From Malacoraja senta (lineage: Eukaryota): a stretch of DNA of 60,000 nt. The stretch spans positions 6,264,001 to 6,324,000 of the forward strand of contig CM075990.1 in NCBI GenBank assembly GCA_038087875.1, read 5' to 3'. Positions 25,305 through 39,157 of this stretch are shown one piece after another. The translations under genes were made by a program, and so were the position numbers. The notes under the pieces were generated by a model. It saw only the letters and a program-made list of their open reading frames with translations, had not been told where the DNA came from and made no database searches. How positions within the stretch are numbered: the first letter of the stretch is position 1; each line of letters starts with the position of its first letter.

Positions 25305-25970
25305 CAGGGGTGGGGAACCTGCGGCCTTCTAGGCCATTAAGTGCGGCCTTTTGAATGAATCCAAATTTTGTAGAACAAATCCTTTTATTTTTATTAATAT
25401 GTTTTTGTTCGTCTATTATTATTTCTATTTTAATCTTAAAATGAACGTATTTAAAATACCAAAGAGTAAAAGAAGATTTAACAAAATAACCCTCCCCGAC
25501 TGACGGCCACAATTAAAACATTAGTAAATCATGAGGGCTATTTTAACACCTGTTATGCTCATGATTTAGTTCGAATGCAACTCTGGAATGTATGTTAACT
25601 TTGACATGCACGAAAAATGCTTTCTTGCTGCGAAACTATATTCTCCTACCTAACCCAAATCATGACGCCCTTAAGGTCACAAATGACGGACACCCATCTG
25701 GAAGATCAGCTGAAACTACGTACCTCCATGTTGCAACCAAATATTCAAATGCTTTTCCACAAAAAGCAGTCACAACAAAGTCATTAAAAGGTTAATTACC
25801 TTTAGAATGAACAATTTTTTTTCATTTTCTTGAAGTTAGTACATAGTAGTTGGACTTACAAAATAATGTACATTTTGAAGTTTATCTAATTGAAGTTTCT
25901 TGGATGCGGCCTTGTTAGATTACAGCTAATTTAATGCGGCATTCCAACATGAAAAGGTTCCCCACCCCTG
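25305..25970 (-). mobile_element. hAT (Charlie-like) MITE, longer inverted relative of 10270-10806
   Basis: Same TIRs; imperfect 8-bp TSD ctgtaggg/ctctaggt; inserted in a CR1 tail. Confidence 0.85.
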
Positions 25971-26089
25971 CTCTAGGTCCTGTTCCTGTGCTCTACTTTA
26001 CCAGGTTCTAATATTGACATCTTAATAAATTATTTGTTTTGCCTGATGAATGACTTAATGCTGATTTATTTTTTATTATTATTACTTAG

Positions 26090-26169
26090 ACGGGGAAGTC
26101 CTATGATGATTGGTGTGAAGAGTGAACATAAGTTTTTAACAGATCATATACCGGTTCTCTATCGCACCT
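26090..26169 (+). CDS. GFPT1: GFPT exon 8 equivalent
   Basis: acttag|...|gtaagt, 80 nt, [27 protein letters not shown] (RRGS PKA motif kept). Confidence 0.93.
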
Positions 26170-26276
26170 GTAAGTAACTGTGGAGCTGAGAGTAAAGAGG
26201 TTTATTTATTGTGCTTTCTACCTGAGCAAATGAGTTATTGATTATCTAAAAGGAATATATGCTGCATAATATGATA

Positions 26277-26699
26277 GTAGTAGGCCTCCCCCCCCCCCCC
26301 CCCCCCCCCCCCGCCCCCCGCCCCCGCCCCCGGTCATGACTGACGATGGGTGATGCATCCTAGTTTGCAGGTGATCTGTGGTCGGATGCAAGCCTGGGCG
26401 ATGTCATATGGAGGACAGGCTGTTGCCCATGCAGTACGTCCCCCCTCTCCACGTCGCTGATCGATCCAAAGGAACAGCAGGGCCTTTATAGTTTGGCACC
26501 AGCGCCGTCGCAGGAGCTGCCAGTGCGAGGTTGTAGACAACGACGAACTGCCTTAGGGGCTCTGACCGGATTTTCTTGAGGTTTACTCCAGGAGCCTTTT
26601 CCATGACTGGATATGGCCACAAGGCAGTGGAGGTTTTAAATCAGAGTTTTCCCTCTCCTAGATGGACTGCCTTCCCAGGCTGACGAGCCCCATCTGCCC
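26277..26699 (-). mobile_element. RTE-derived short non-autonomous retroelement
   Basis: 7-bp TSD tatgata (26270-26276, 26700-26706); minus-strand 5' end gggcagatggggctcgtcagcctgggaaggcag resembles RTE-clade 5' UTRs as recalled; (cta)n tail; internal G-run. Confidence 0.6.
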
Positions 26700-27176
26700 T
26701 ATGATAAGGCCTCATTTAATATTTGTGCTCAAAACATATGAGGATTAGGCACACCATATGATCATGAATTGTCGCAACAAGCGGTAGAATTCTGGGTTTG
26801 GATGGAAGAGGGGAAATAGCTTGTAATGGGAAGAAAAATCAAACATGTTTGATTCATGGATGCATTTATAACGTGGATTTGAGGTACAGCTGGAAGGCAG
26901 ATTGGTTTAATATGGTGGAGGTTGTTAAATGATTTAATTAAATGGCTGATTAGCGCCAGCTTGCAATCTCACTATCTTGATTTCATTGGGTCTAAGTAGA
27001 AACCATTTTGTTTTACATCAATCCAGCTTGTCCGTTTGTGTTTCAGCACAGAATGCAAGCAGGGGGGGTCTTTTATTCTGAGCCTTTGTTAGGGGAGGGG
27101 GCTGGTGGGGAAGAAGTCACGTGTGTAAAAATGCCAATCTCTCATGATTTACACGCTTTTTGAATGATTTTAACAG

Positions 27177-27285
27177 GCAAAGAATTGAAGCCGAGCTGTC
27201 CCTTGCCCCGCACTGATGCTTCCACCTCGTTGTACCCTGTTGGGGAAGAAAAATCAGTGGAGTACTACTTTGCATCCGATGCCAG
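27177..27285 (+). CDS. GFPT1: GFPT exon 10 equivalent (variable loop)
   Basis: taacag|...|gtgaat, 109 nt, [36 protein letters not shown]. Confidence 0.9.
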
Positions 27286-28003
27286 GTGAATGGTTTTATC
27301 TTGCAGGCTTCAGTATTTTGTGTTGGTTCAATGAGAGTGATGCTTGTAAAATCATAGATCTACAGGGAGAAAGCTGGAGAATGGGGTTCAACCAGGATTG
27401 AATGGCAGAGTAGACTTGATGGCCCGAATGGACTAATTCGGTTCCTAGAACTTGTGAACTTACATATGCATTTCCATAACTTAAATGCAAAGTGCCCCAG
27501 TTAACTCTAGTAAGACTTCCACTTGAACTGAAACATTTGTGGACCTTTGATGGCATTGGTTAAGTTAGCGTTTTCTGTTGCTAAGGTGAGGTAATTGAGG
27601 CCTGTCCTTCTCGACTGGAGCACTGTGCTTTAAGGTAGTAAACTTGTCAATGAGGGGAAGAGGGACAGTTCTCACTCTTGCTCCAGCATTCAATCTCCAC
27701 AGGTCTGAAGAAGGACCTCCACCCGAAATGTCACCCATTCCTTCTCTCCAGAGATGCTGCCTGTCCCGCTGAGTTACCACAACTTTTTGTGACTATCTTC
27801 CCATTTAAACCAGCATCTGCAGTTCCATCCGACACAGTAAATTTGTAAAACTGTGATCAAACACAGAGATTCCACAAATAGCTGACTGGGGATTTTTTTT
27901 AAATTCAAGGATATTTTTAATCTTATAATCTTCGGCTGGGGGGGGGGGGGGGGCAGTTTACAATGAGGGTGTCATGGAGATGTTATTTTGTTTTATTTTG
28001 CAG

Positions 28004-28167
28004 TGCAATCATTGAGCACACAAACCGAGCGATCTTCCTGGAGGATGATGATGTGGCGGCAGTGGTGGATGGATGTCTCTCTATTCACCGTGTCGAACGC
28101 ACAGCGAGTGACTGCTCAGCGAGGGGTATTCAGATACTGCAGGTGGAGCTTCAACAGATGATGAAGG
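28004..28167 (+). CDS. GFPT1: GFPT exon 11 equivalent
   Basis: ttgcag|...|gtaagg, 164 nt, [55 protein letters not shown]. Confidence 0.94.
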
Positions 28168-28873
28168 GTAAGGCCGTATGTCCTCAACACTATAAAGTGT
28201 AGCAGGAGGCCATTCAGCCCATTGTGTCCATGCCAACCAAATGTACTCCCTCCTCAAACTCACTATTTGTAGCTATGTTGATGATGGCTCCAATGGAGAT
28301 CGCACTGAACATATTTTGAAGAAGGGTCTTGACCCGAAACGTCACCCATTCCTTCTCTCCAGAGATGCTGCCTGTCCCGTTGAGTTATTCCAGCATTTTG
28401 TGTCTATCTTTGAACCAATTTTAAACCTACTTGCTAATTCCTGTTGGATTCCATGACTTTTTTTTAAAAACCTTTCTGATCAGTTTGGCTGCATAGATTT
28501 GGTCCGCTAACGTGTTAGGAATTTACAGAAAAATCGTCCAGTTTTAAAGTTCTATGATCTTTAGCTGCGGAGGTTGCCTGGAGTTTGAATGCTGGAGCAA
28601 GCGTGAGGACCGACCCTCACTCCCTCATTTCTCACCCACAGAATTCTTGTTTTATTTTTAAAATCGGCCGTGTTTCTGCAGAGTGGCAGTCTGAGCTCGA
28701 AGCTTGCTTGCTAGAATACCCATTCCAGTTCCTAGTTGCCTCTTTACTGACTGAAAACTGGAAAGTGCTCGCCTTTTAATGTTTGAAGTGAGCAGAACAG
28801 CAGTGTAAATTCCTCGGAAGGCAGGAAGCTGTGTTCACCGTCGCCACTAAAAGCAGACTGGCAGTTTATGTTA

Positions 28874-29237
28874 AGGGCCTGTCTCACTTACACAACCTTT
28901 TCAGCGACTGCCGGCACCTGTCATAGGTCGCCGAACATTTTTCAACATGTTGAAAATTCAGCGGGGACCAGAAAGATGCTACGACTCTTTGGGTGACTAG
29001 GAGACCTCTCACGACCATACAAGCGACCCCTGGCGACATGTCACGGGTGTCGCGGGATGTCACCAGGGGGCATGTCGCCAGGGGGTTGCCTGTATGGTCG
29101 TGAGAGGTCTCCTAGTCACCCAAAGAGTCGTAGCGTCTTTCTGGTCGTCGCTGAATTTTCAACATGTTGAAAATTTTCGGCAACCTATGACGGGTGCCGA
29201 CAGTCGCCAAAAAGGTTGCGTAATTGGGACAGGCCCT
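28874..29237. mobile_element. Fully palindromic MITE with AGGGCCTGTC TIRs
   Basis: Left arm of about 170 bp is the reverse complement of the right arm; termini shared with 2701-2924. Confidence 0.85.
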
Positions 29238-29566
29238 TAAGAGGAATGCCCTAAGTTAACCTTTCTCTGCAGTCATTGTATCAGTGAAGCCCAGATCCTT
29301 GTTCTGCCCATCTTTGGATATGAACGTCATTGACAAGTGACCACTGAATCCGAACATTATAGTGATATAGAGTCATGGATTCACACAGCACTGAAACAGG
29401 CCCCTCGGCCCAACTTGCCCATGCCTACCAAGATGTCCCATCTACAGCAGTCCCACCTGCCCACATTTGAATCCTATCCCGCTAAACCTTTATGATCCAT
29501 GTACCTGTCCAAATGTCTTGAATGTTGTTATAGTACCTGCCTCAACTGCCTCCTCTGGTAACTCAT

Positions 29567-29733
29567 AGAAACAACGACCTGCAAATGCTTGTTTATACCA
29601 AAGACAGGCACAAAGTGCTGGAGTAATTCAGCGGGTTGAGCATAATGAAGAAAGGTCCCGACCCGAAACGCCACCTTTCCTTTTTCTCCACAGATGCTGC
29701 CTGATCCACAGATTTGCTCCAATACTGTATATG
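29567..29733. mobile_element. Palindromic Penelope-derived short repeat nested in a minus-strand CR1 fragment (about 29365-29905)
   Basis: 14-bp direct repeat ctctggtaactcat (29553-29566, 29734-29747). Confidence 0.7.
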
Positions 29734-31028
29734 CTCTGGTAACTCATTGCATATACCCACCACCCTCTGTGAAAAAATTGCCCCTCAGGTCCCTATTAAA
29801 TCTTTCCTGTCTCATCTGAAATCCATGACCTCTGGTTCTTAATTCCCCTACTCTGGGTAAAAGACTCGTGCGTCTACCCTATCTATCCCCTTATGATCTG
29901 ATACACTTACACAGACTACATTAAATCATGGACTAGCAGTCTTGTAGTCTGAGGAAAAAACTAGATAGAACTAGGAACTGCTACTTCTATCTGAGCTGTG
30001 ATTTTATAAGATAAAGGCAGATCTTTTGCCTCATCCCTGCTTTCTTCCACTGATTACTTTTATCCCCCAAAGCTAAAAATTGATGTACTTGGACCGTAAG
30101 ACACTCTAGTTTCTAAAGATACATACCCCTCTTACTTTGTGTAGGGAGGAACTGCAGATGCTGGTTTAAACCGAGGATAGACACAAAGTGCTGGAGTAAC
30201 TCAGCAGGTCAGACAGCATCTCTGGAGAAAAGGAATGGGTGACGTTACGGGTCAAGACCCTTCCCGAAACGTCACGTATTCCTCTTACTTTGTGACTGTC
30301 CTTTGGTCCTGGACATCCGAACCAGGCAAAACATCAACTCTGCATCTCGCCTGTCAAATCCCGTAAGGAATTTTATACGGTTCAATGAGGTGACCTCTCG
30401 TTCTTCTAAACTAAAGAGAGCACAGGCCCAGTCTGGGTAATTGTCATCTGTGCTGCCTTGCAAATGAAGGATTAAAACAAGGCCCTGCCTTTGCTCTCCA
30501 GTGACGTGTGGGATCAGGCAGAGGGGATCAGGGGCCTTTTCCCTGGTGTCCTGCTCAACATTTATCCCTCGATCAACATCACAACAAACAGATTGTCTAT
30601 CTGGTTTTCACTTCCTGCTCCTGAACTGAGGGGATAGTTAATGGTCCGCAGCATTGCTGGGTCTGAAGTCACGTACAAGCCAGGCTGGGTCAGGGCGACA
30701 GATTTCCTTCCCGGAAAGACATGTAATCCTCTGACAATAGTCACGGATTTGTACAGCATGGAAACAGGCTTTCAACCAACCGCATCCGTGTCAATCCTTC
30801 TCTCCCATCTACTCTCATCCATAATATCCGTATTCTACTATGCCTTAGGCCTTGCCTTTGTATCCCCCGCACCTACACTTCAATGAGTTCTGAGCCCACC
30901 AGCAAGTTTACTCCACTGCAAAATCTCCTCCTATGCTTTGCCATTTAAGTGTCTGCCTAAATGTCTCTTGTATGTCGTGATTGCGCCCAATTCCAGCGCC
31001 TCCTCCAGGCAACCTATACCTCAACTTG

Positions 31029-31257
31029 AAGGTAGACAAAAATGCTGGAGAAACTCAGCGGGTGAGGCAGCATCTATGGAGCGAAGGAAATAGGCAACGA
31101 TTCGAGCTGAAACCCTTCTTCAGACGGATTGAAGAAGGGTTTCGGCCCGAAACGTTGCCTATTTCCTTCGCTCCATAGATGTTGCCTTACCCGCTGAGTT
31201 TCTCCAGCATTTTTGTCTACCTTCGATTTTTCAGCATCTGCAGTTCCTTCTTAAACA
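31029..31257. mobile_element. Palindromic Penelope-derived short repeat with hammerhead-like motifs on both strands
   Basis: About 95-bp inverted arms; 15-bp direct repeat ctatacctcaacttg (31014-31028, 31258-31272). Confidence 0.8.
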
Positions 31258-32042
31258 CTATACCTCAACTTGCTGCTTTCTCGGTTATCTTTACTGATTC
31301 TATGTTGAATTCATAAATGATTTAATTCCTGGAATTTAAAATCCCAGATGGCGTAGGGAATTGTGAAATCTGAGATGAGAACAAATTTTCTGCCAAAATC
31401 AGGCCAACCTGGATTGTTTGCACAGAAGCTGAATTTATAGTCAATGTAGAATGGGTAGCTTACAACTCAATGGTACGAACATTGAAGATAAGCGCAAAAT
31501 GCTGGACTAACTCAGCGAGACAGACTGCATTTCTGGAGAGAAGAAATGGGTGACGTTTCGGGTCAAGAACGATTTTAGGTAACCTCTAACAACTCCCCAT
31601 CCCACTGTGCCATCCCCCACCTGAACTTACACCTATTTCGCCCCTCTCCTTCACCTACATTCCTTCCTCTAGCTTCACAATTTGCAACTCTTGAATCCTT
31701 TTGTCTCACACCTTTTGGTTTTTCATCTCCGGCCTTTGTCCAATTTACCAACTGCCCATCGAACCCCCCCCCCCATCGCCTGTGTTCACCAAGCTTTTTC
31801 CTGCCTCTCCTCTCTTTTAACTCCTCTCCCCCACCCTCGCCCTCACCCCCACCCTCACCCTCTCTGCCCCCCAGCCCCCACCACTTCACTCAGTCTGACG
31901 AATGGTTCTGACCCAAAACATCATCCATCCATGTTCTCCAGAGATGCTGCCAGACTCTGAGTTACTCCAGCATTTTGTCTTTTTATTTACTGTAAATGTT
32001 CCTTACAATGTGTTGGGAGTTATTAAATACACACACAGTTAG

Positions 32043-32441
<399 letters not shown>

Positions 32442-33821
32442 TAATCATTGTACTGGAACCATTTCCCGCGTTGAAGGCAGCTACGGTCAAACTTCAGGTT
32501 GCAAGAACTTTTTTTTTTCCAAAAGTGCAATTGCCTATTTTTCTCTTGCATTGTACATGAAATCTCCATTGCAGTGTTCACTAGGGACAGTGGTCTGTTT
32601 GATACTTTGGTGCTGGTGTCATCCAGAATTTGCCCTCGTATCCATCTGGCCTGGAGAGGTGAATGTTAGCTCTGTTTCTCTTCCCACAAATGTGGCCAGA
32701 CCTCCAGAATATTTCCACATTTTCTACTTTTATGGGGGATAGTGGACACTTTAAATTTAATCTACCAAGGTGGTTTGTTGCAACTTTACAGGGTGGTGGT
32801 TAGAGCTCACCTGAGGTACTCTGTTGAGTTCTGGTCTCAATGTTATAAGGAATAATATTTGTATGAAGGGTGCATAGGGCCAGTTGAACTGATGTATTGT
32901 ACCCAATGGAAGCCCATGCAAGGTAGAGCTCCCTCTGAGTTTGTTTTGGGAACCCCACCCTCCCCCAGAATATTCTGATCACTGGCTGTCAAAGACTTTC
33001 AAAGTAGATTTAAATGGACAATTTCACCTCCCTGCTGTGCAGTGAGTGAGCTGCAGGTTGGAGTTGGCTGTGTCAGCACTCGTAGAGCCACTCCATTAGT
33101 CTGACCACCTTGTAATCGGGCACCGAGGCTAGCATCTGTCATTGAGAGAATGGTGCAATTCATAGTTAAGGATCAGAGTTCTTCCTATGTATAGGAAGGA
33201 ACTGGAGATGCTGGTTTAGACCAAAGTTAGACATAAAATGCTGGAGTAACTCAGCGGGTCAGGCAACATCTCTGGAGAGAAGGAAATAGGTGACGGTTTG
33301 GGTCGGGTCTGAAGAAGGGTCTCGACCCGAAACATCACCTATTCCTTTTCTCCAGAGATGCTGCCTGACCCGCAGAGTTACTCCTGTTACTGCCGCTCCG
33401 CGGATCGGACAATCCGACCCAACATGCGAGGCTAACAGTGTCGTTTACCCTCTGTGTTGAAGTGGCTATTGGACCAGAAAAGCATTTAGTTGGTGTTAGG
33501 AAAATCCCTAATTCCTTGATAACAGGAATTAGGGATTCGCTGAGTGTGAAGGTGAGGACGCTCCATCCTCTTCTTAATGCAGCAGATAATTCCAATACTG
33601 CAGCGCCCTGATTTACAAAATGGGTAGGAAGGAACTGCAGATGCTGTTTTACACCGAAGATAGACACAAAATGCTGGAGTAACTCAGCGGGACAGGCAGC
33701 ATCGCTGGATAGAAGGATGCTGCCTGTCCCGCTGAGTTACTGCAGCATTTTGTGTCTATCTTCCCTGTTTTACAAAGATGTCTAGTGCAATGTGGCAACG
33801 GTATTGGATGCTCTCCTGTAG

Positions 33822-34049
<228 letters not shown>

Positions 34050-34239
34050 TGATATTTTTAAAGTTGGAATATCAAATATCAAAAGTTCTAATTCAAGTTT
34101 TGCTGAGATCAGCCCATGAAACCTCCAACTTTATTTACAGAATAGTTTATTTTCTGTTCGATCTCTGTATGCATTGCTGTTTCTATTTTATCATCGTTAT
34201 ACAGTGTGGAAACAGGCCCTTCAATGGTGTTTACCTGTG

Positions 34240-35140
34240 CTAGTCCCTTTTGCTTGCATTCAGCCCATATCCCTGCAAATGCTTACTATCCATGTACCTG
34301 AGTAAATGTCACGATAAGTAACTTATCAAAATGCACCACCTTGCACTTGTCTGAGTTAAATTCCACCTGCCATTCCTTAGCTCACTTCCTCGATTGATCT
34401 AAGTCCTGTTGTAATCTTCGATAATCTTCTCTGTTGTCCAGTCTACCCACCAGTTTTATTATCATCTGCAGACTTACTAACCATGCCAACTACCCATCAA
34501 CCAGATAGATGGTAAGCAAAAGTGGACCTAACGTCGCTCCATGTGGCACACTGCTGGTCACAAACCTCCAATCTGAATAACAACCCTCCACTCCCACCCT
34601 CAAACTTCTAACACCAAGCCAGTGGAGTAGCTCCTACTGGATCCCAAGTGATCTCGCCTTATGGACTAGCCTACAGACGTTCAGGTATGTAGGTAAATTG
34701 GCCTGGTAAAGGTAAACATTTTCCCTGGTGTGTGTAGGATAGTGTTAATGTGTGGGGATCGCTGGTCGGCGTGGATGCGGTGGGCCGAAGGGCCTGTTTC
34801 CTCAATGTATCTCCAAACTAAACTACCATGTGGGACCTTGTCCAAGCCCTTGCTGAAATCGCTGTAGATCAATATTCTTTATCACCTCATCAAAAAAATC
34901 AATCATGATTGTGAATCTCTACATCCTATGCATAAAGCCATGCTGGCTATCCCTAGTTAGTCCTTGCCTTTTCCAAATGTTGGTCGATCCTCTGCTTCAG
35001 AATCCTTTCCAGTAACTTTCCCATCACTGATGTTTAGACTGACTAGCACAACATCAATTGCCATCCAGACCTCTGATACCTCACTTGTGGCTAAAGATGA
35101 TGCAAATATCTTTGCCAGGGCTCCTGCAATTTCTTCCCTT
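34240..35140 (-). mobile_element. Degraded CR1 LINE RT fragments with nested V-SINE tail
   Basis: Minus strand encodes IYSDFSKGLDKVPHG and a YADD-like motif (atcatctgca on +). Confidence 0.65.
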
Positions 35141-36524
35141 GTTTCTAAGTCAAGTCAAGTCAATTGTTTAAACTCAACGAGTTTATTATCATGTGCATAA
35201 GTACGACAAGGTACAGATGCAATGAAATCCTTGCATGCAACAGCATCACAAGCACAATATTCTTGGCTATGCCCTGACTGTATATGTTGTGGCCCATATT
35301 AACTACCTGTTGCCCAGGTAAGTGTTGCCCAGCCTTCATGTCAGTGTCCGCAGGAAGTAGTTGAGAGTCGGACAGTTACTATTAGACTTGTATTACCATA
35401 GGATGGTCAACGTCTGAAACAACTAAAAACTGGAGTGGCTGAAATAAAATCAGTAAGTCCCAAAAATACTCAGCCGGCCAGGCAGCATCTGTGGAGAAAA
35501 GGTGATGGGTGGGGTTAGAAGTGAATGGGGAAGGGTCGGGGTTGGTGAGTGGAATGTGGGTGGGAGAGTGGTTCATAAGTTAAGGAATAGGATTAGGCCA
35601 TTCGGCCCATCGAGTCTACTCCGCCATCCAATCATGGCTGATCTGTGCCTCCTAATCCCATTTTCCTGCCTTCTCCCCATAACCCTTGACACCAGTTCTA
35701 ATCAAGAATTTGTCTCTCTCTGCCTTAAAAATATCCACCGACTTGGCCTCCACAGCCCTCTGTGGCGATGAGTTCCACAGATTAACTACTGTGGATCAGT
35801 AGATGGGGAAGGGTTGGCTTGATGGGTGGGATGTGGGTGATTAGGTGGGGAATTGGTTGGTTGGCAGAGAAAGGATTGGGTTGTGGGTTTTGTGTGGTTG
35901 GGTAAGTGGAGATAGGGGACCAAGATTGGGGATAATTGAAGAAGAAGGTAAACAAAGGAAAAAGAGTTTGAGTGTAGAAAAGTCATGTGTAGGAAGGAAC
36001 TACACTGAAGATAGACACAAAATGCTGGAGCAACTCAGCGGGACAGGCAACATATCTGGATAGAAGGAATGGGTGATGTTTCTGGTCTGAAGAAGAGTCA
36101 GGAAGTCATGTTGCACCATTATAAAATGTTGGCCATACTGCATTTGGAGTAATGTGTGTAGTTCTGGTCACCCCATTACTGGGAAGATGTCACAGATGGC
36201 TGTGGAGACCAAGTCAATGGATATTTTAAAGACAGAAATAGATAGATTCTTGATTAGTACGGGTGTCAGAGGTTATGGGATGAAGGCAGGAGAATGGGGT
36301 TAAGAGAGAAAGATAGATCATCCATGATTGAATGGCGGAGTAGACTTGATGGACTGAATGGCCTAATTCTACACCTATCACTTATGAACTTCAGGAGTTG
36401 AAGACTTGGAGCGGGTGCAGATGAGGTTTATCAGAATCTCCCTGGGTTTGTAGGTATTGGCTTTGAGGACAGGTTGGAAAAACGTGGATTGTTTTCTCTA
36501 GAGCATTGGAGGCTGAGGGGTGAC

Positions 36525-36830
36525 CTAGTTTAGTTTAGTTTAGAGATAGAGCGATGAAACAGGCCCTTCGGCCCAACGAGTCTGCACCGACCAGTGATAC
36601 TCACACATTAACACCATCTACACACACTGGGGACAATTTTTACATTTACGCCAAGCCAATTAACCTACAAATCTGCACGTCTTTGGAGTGTGGGAGGAAA
36701 CCAAAGTTCTCGGAGAAAACCCGCGCTGGTCACGGGGAGAAAGTACAAACTCTGTACAGACAAGCACCCGTAGCCAGGGTCTCTGGCTGTAAATGCTGTA
36801 AGGCAGCAACTCTACCACTGCGCCACCCGC
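36525..36830 (-). mobile_element. V-SINE nested in + strand CR1 fragments (about 36100-37170)
   Basis: (tttag)n tail, reverse-complement V-domain and head. Confidence 0.75.
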
Positions 36831-38094
36831 AAGTTTATAGAAGTATATAAACTTAGGAGAACCATAGGCAGGGAAACAGGCAGAACTGTTTGTCCCAGAG
36901 TGAGAATGTTAAAAACTAGAGAACATAACTTGAAAATTGGAGAAAGTTTAAAGGAGATGTGTGGGGGCAAGTTTTTGTTTTACACAGGTTGGCGGGTGCC
37001 TGGAACGTGCTGCCCGGGATGGTGATGGAAGCAGACACGATAGTGGTGTTTAAGAGACACACATAAATATGGACCAGGAGTAGGCAAAAGGGATTAGTTT
37101 GAGTAGGCATATTTGGCCCAGACATCATGGGCCGAAGGGCCTGCTCGTGTGTTAATCTGTGCCGTGTACTGTTTTCTAAAGGTGGGTTTGATCTTCGGAG
37201 AGGGCATGCCTGGCCCTGACTACACAGATGTGTTCATATGTTAACGGCTAATTTATTGCAGTTCTCGATCTGGAGTCTGTCTCTCACAGCTGTTGTCTAA
37301 TGGTGACAAATTGTCTTCCGATTGAGAGAGGCTGGGTGGGGAGGTGTTTCACGCTGAACTGTGCTTGCTTATTGACAGGCTCCACGCCTCATTAACCATG
37401 TTTGATTATAATGAGGCAATTATCTCTCCAGAAATTGAATTCATATGTAAATGGCGGCAATGTCAGACCCTGCACCATCGGTGTTCCCCCACAGCCCTGC
37501 AACTCCCCCGACTCCCACCCACTGGCCCGGAGTTTGCAGCAGGATAATTGTCCCTCTGTGCTGCCACCGTTGGCCTCTTGGCTGCTTATTTACATTGCCC
37601 TGCAGCTTCAGTTGAAATTGGCCCTTTGCTTTTTCGTCCAATTCCCCAGTGTAACACAACTCCTGTCTATATTTGGAAGTTCACTTGTAACATGAGAAAT
37701 CATTCAGTGCGTCAGGAGGTGGTTTTACTTTGCACAAACTGTGGGGGAAATTTGGGAAGAACTTGTCTTGCTTTTTTGTACAGTCGTCTTTCTTTTAAAA
37801 TAGTTACGTGTAATTTAGGTACGATTTATTTTTTGTGTGTTTGTCTGAGTCGATGTCTTTTTTTTGTGGAAATCTTATATGCAATTTTGCACATTTTGTT
37901 TTAGTGTTTGTCAGTGTCTAAGTGTCTGTGATGTTGCTGCAAGCAAGATTTCCATTCTAATTGTACCTCACCGCAGTTGTGCATACAACGATAAACTTGA
38001 CTTGACATTGGTTGACTCGCATCCAGTTTTCTATCCTAACCATCAACTGGATCTGTGGCTTTTCCTAAGGAGCACTGTGCCAATTTCCCAGAAA

Positions 38095-38295
38095 GAGAGA
38101 GCCAGAGGGGAGGGGGAAGGAAGAGGGGGGTGGGTGTGAGAGACAGAAGGGGGGGAGGGGAGGCAGACAGAGGGGGAGGGAGGGAGAGACCCAGAGGGGG
38201 GGGGAGAGGCGAGGAGGGATGGGAGAGAGACAGAGTGTGGGGGGGGGGGGGGGGAAGAGGGAGAGAGAGAGACGGGGGATGGAGGGGTGGGGAGA
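38095..38295. repeat. Purine/G-rich low-complexity tract
   Basis: (GA)/(G)n runs. Confidence 0.85.
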
Positions 38296-39007
38296 CACAC
38301 TAGGGACAATTTACAAAGGCCACCCTGCACGTTTTTGGAATGTGGGAGGAATGTCTTCGTTTTTATTTAGCAGTATTTATTTTAGAAATTTTATGTGTCA
38401 TTTATATAATTTATTTTGTGCTTGTCTGCATCTCTGTACTTTTGATGCTGCTGCAAAAAAGATTTTTCATAGTACCTGTCCCTCACCATCTTTGTGCATG
38501 ACAATAACCTCGACTTGACTTGACATGTCCATTATTTGGAGATATCATCAGTCCTTCATCGGCACTCGGTTGAAATCCTGCAATCCGTCTCCCACTGCCT
38601 TCTGGAAATACCTTCTCTAGATTGACTGCGATAGACCAGGAATGTGGTAACTCACCACAATATATCCTGGCTGCCTCAGTGATGCCTAGCTTCTGATAAA
38701 ATGAATCAGCCTGTTTTTCCGATATTCCTTCTTCTGCTCTCCCTTTTCTGACCAAAGAGGAGGAGGATTTCCACAAGCCCTTACCTTCTTGGGTACCTGA
38801 GCTGCCAATTCAATTGCCCGATACCAGCTCGAGTGCAAACTGCTGGGACATTGAACATCTAATGTACCTTCTAAATGACCTGTATTGTTCCTGTTTGTGT
38901 ATGTTGATCCATAGCCAGATAGCCTGCTTTTGCAATCATTTGATATTTTCTCCACGTTGAAAAGAAATTCCATTTTCCTTTCTTGTTAGAGTTGAATTGT
39001 TCCCTGA

Positions 39008-39157
<150 letters not shown>

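Noticed and set aside
27035..27110. Homologue of the 54-nt muscle-specific GFPT1 exon
   Set aside because: Acceptor-like tttcag/cacag sites exist, but the nearest weak donor gives 53 or 58 nt and there is no similarity to the mammalian peptide.
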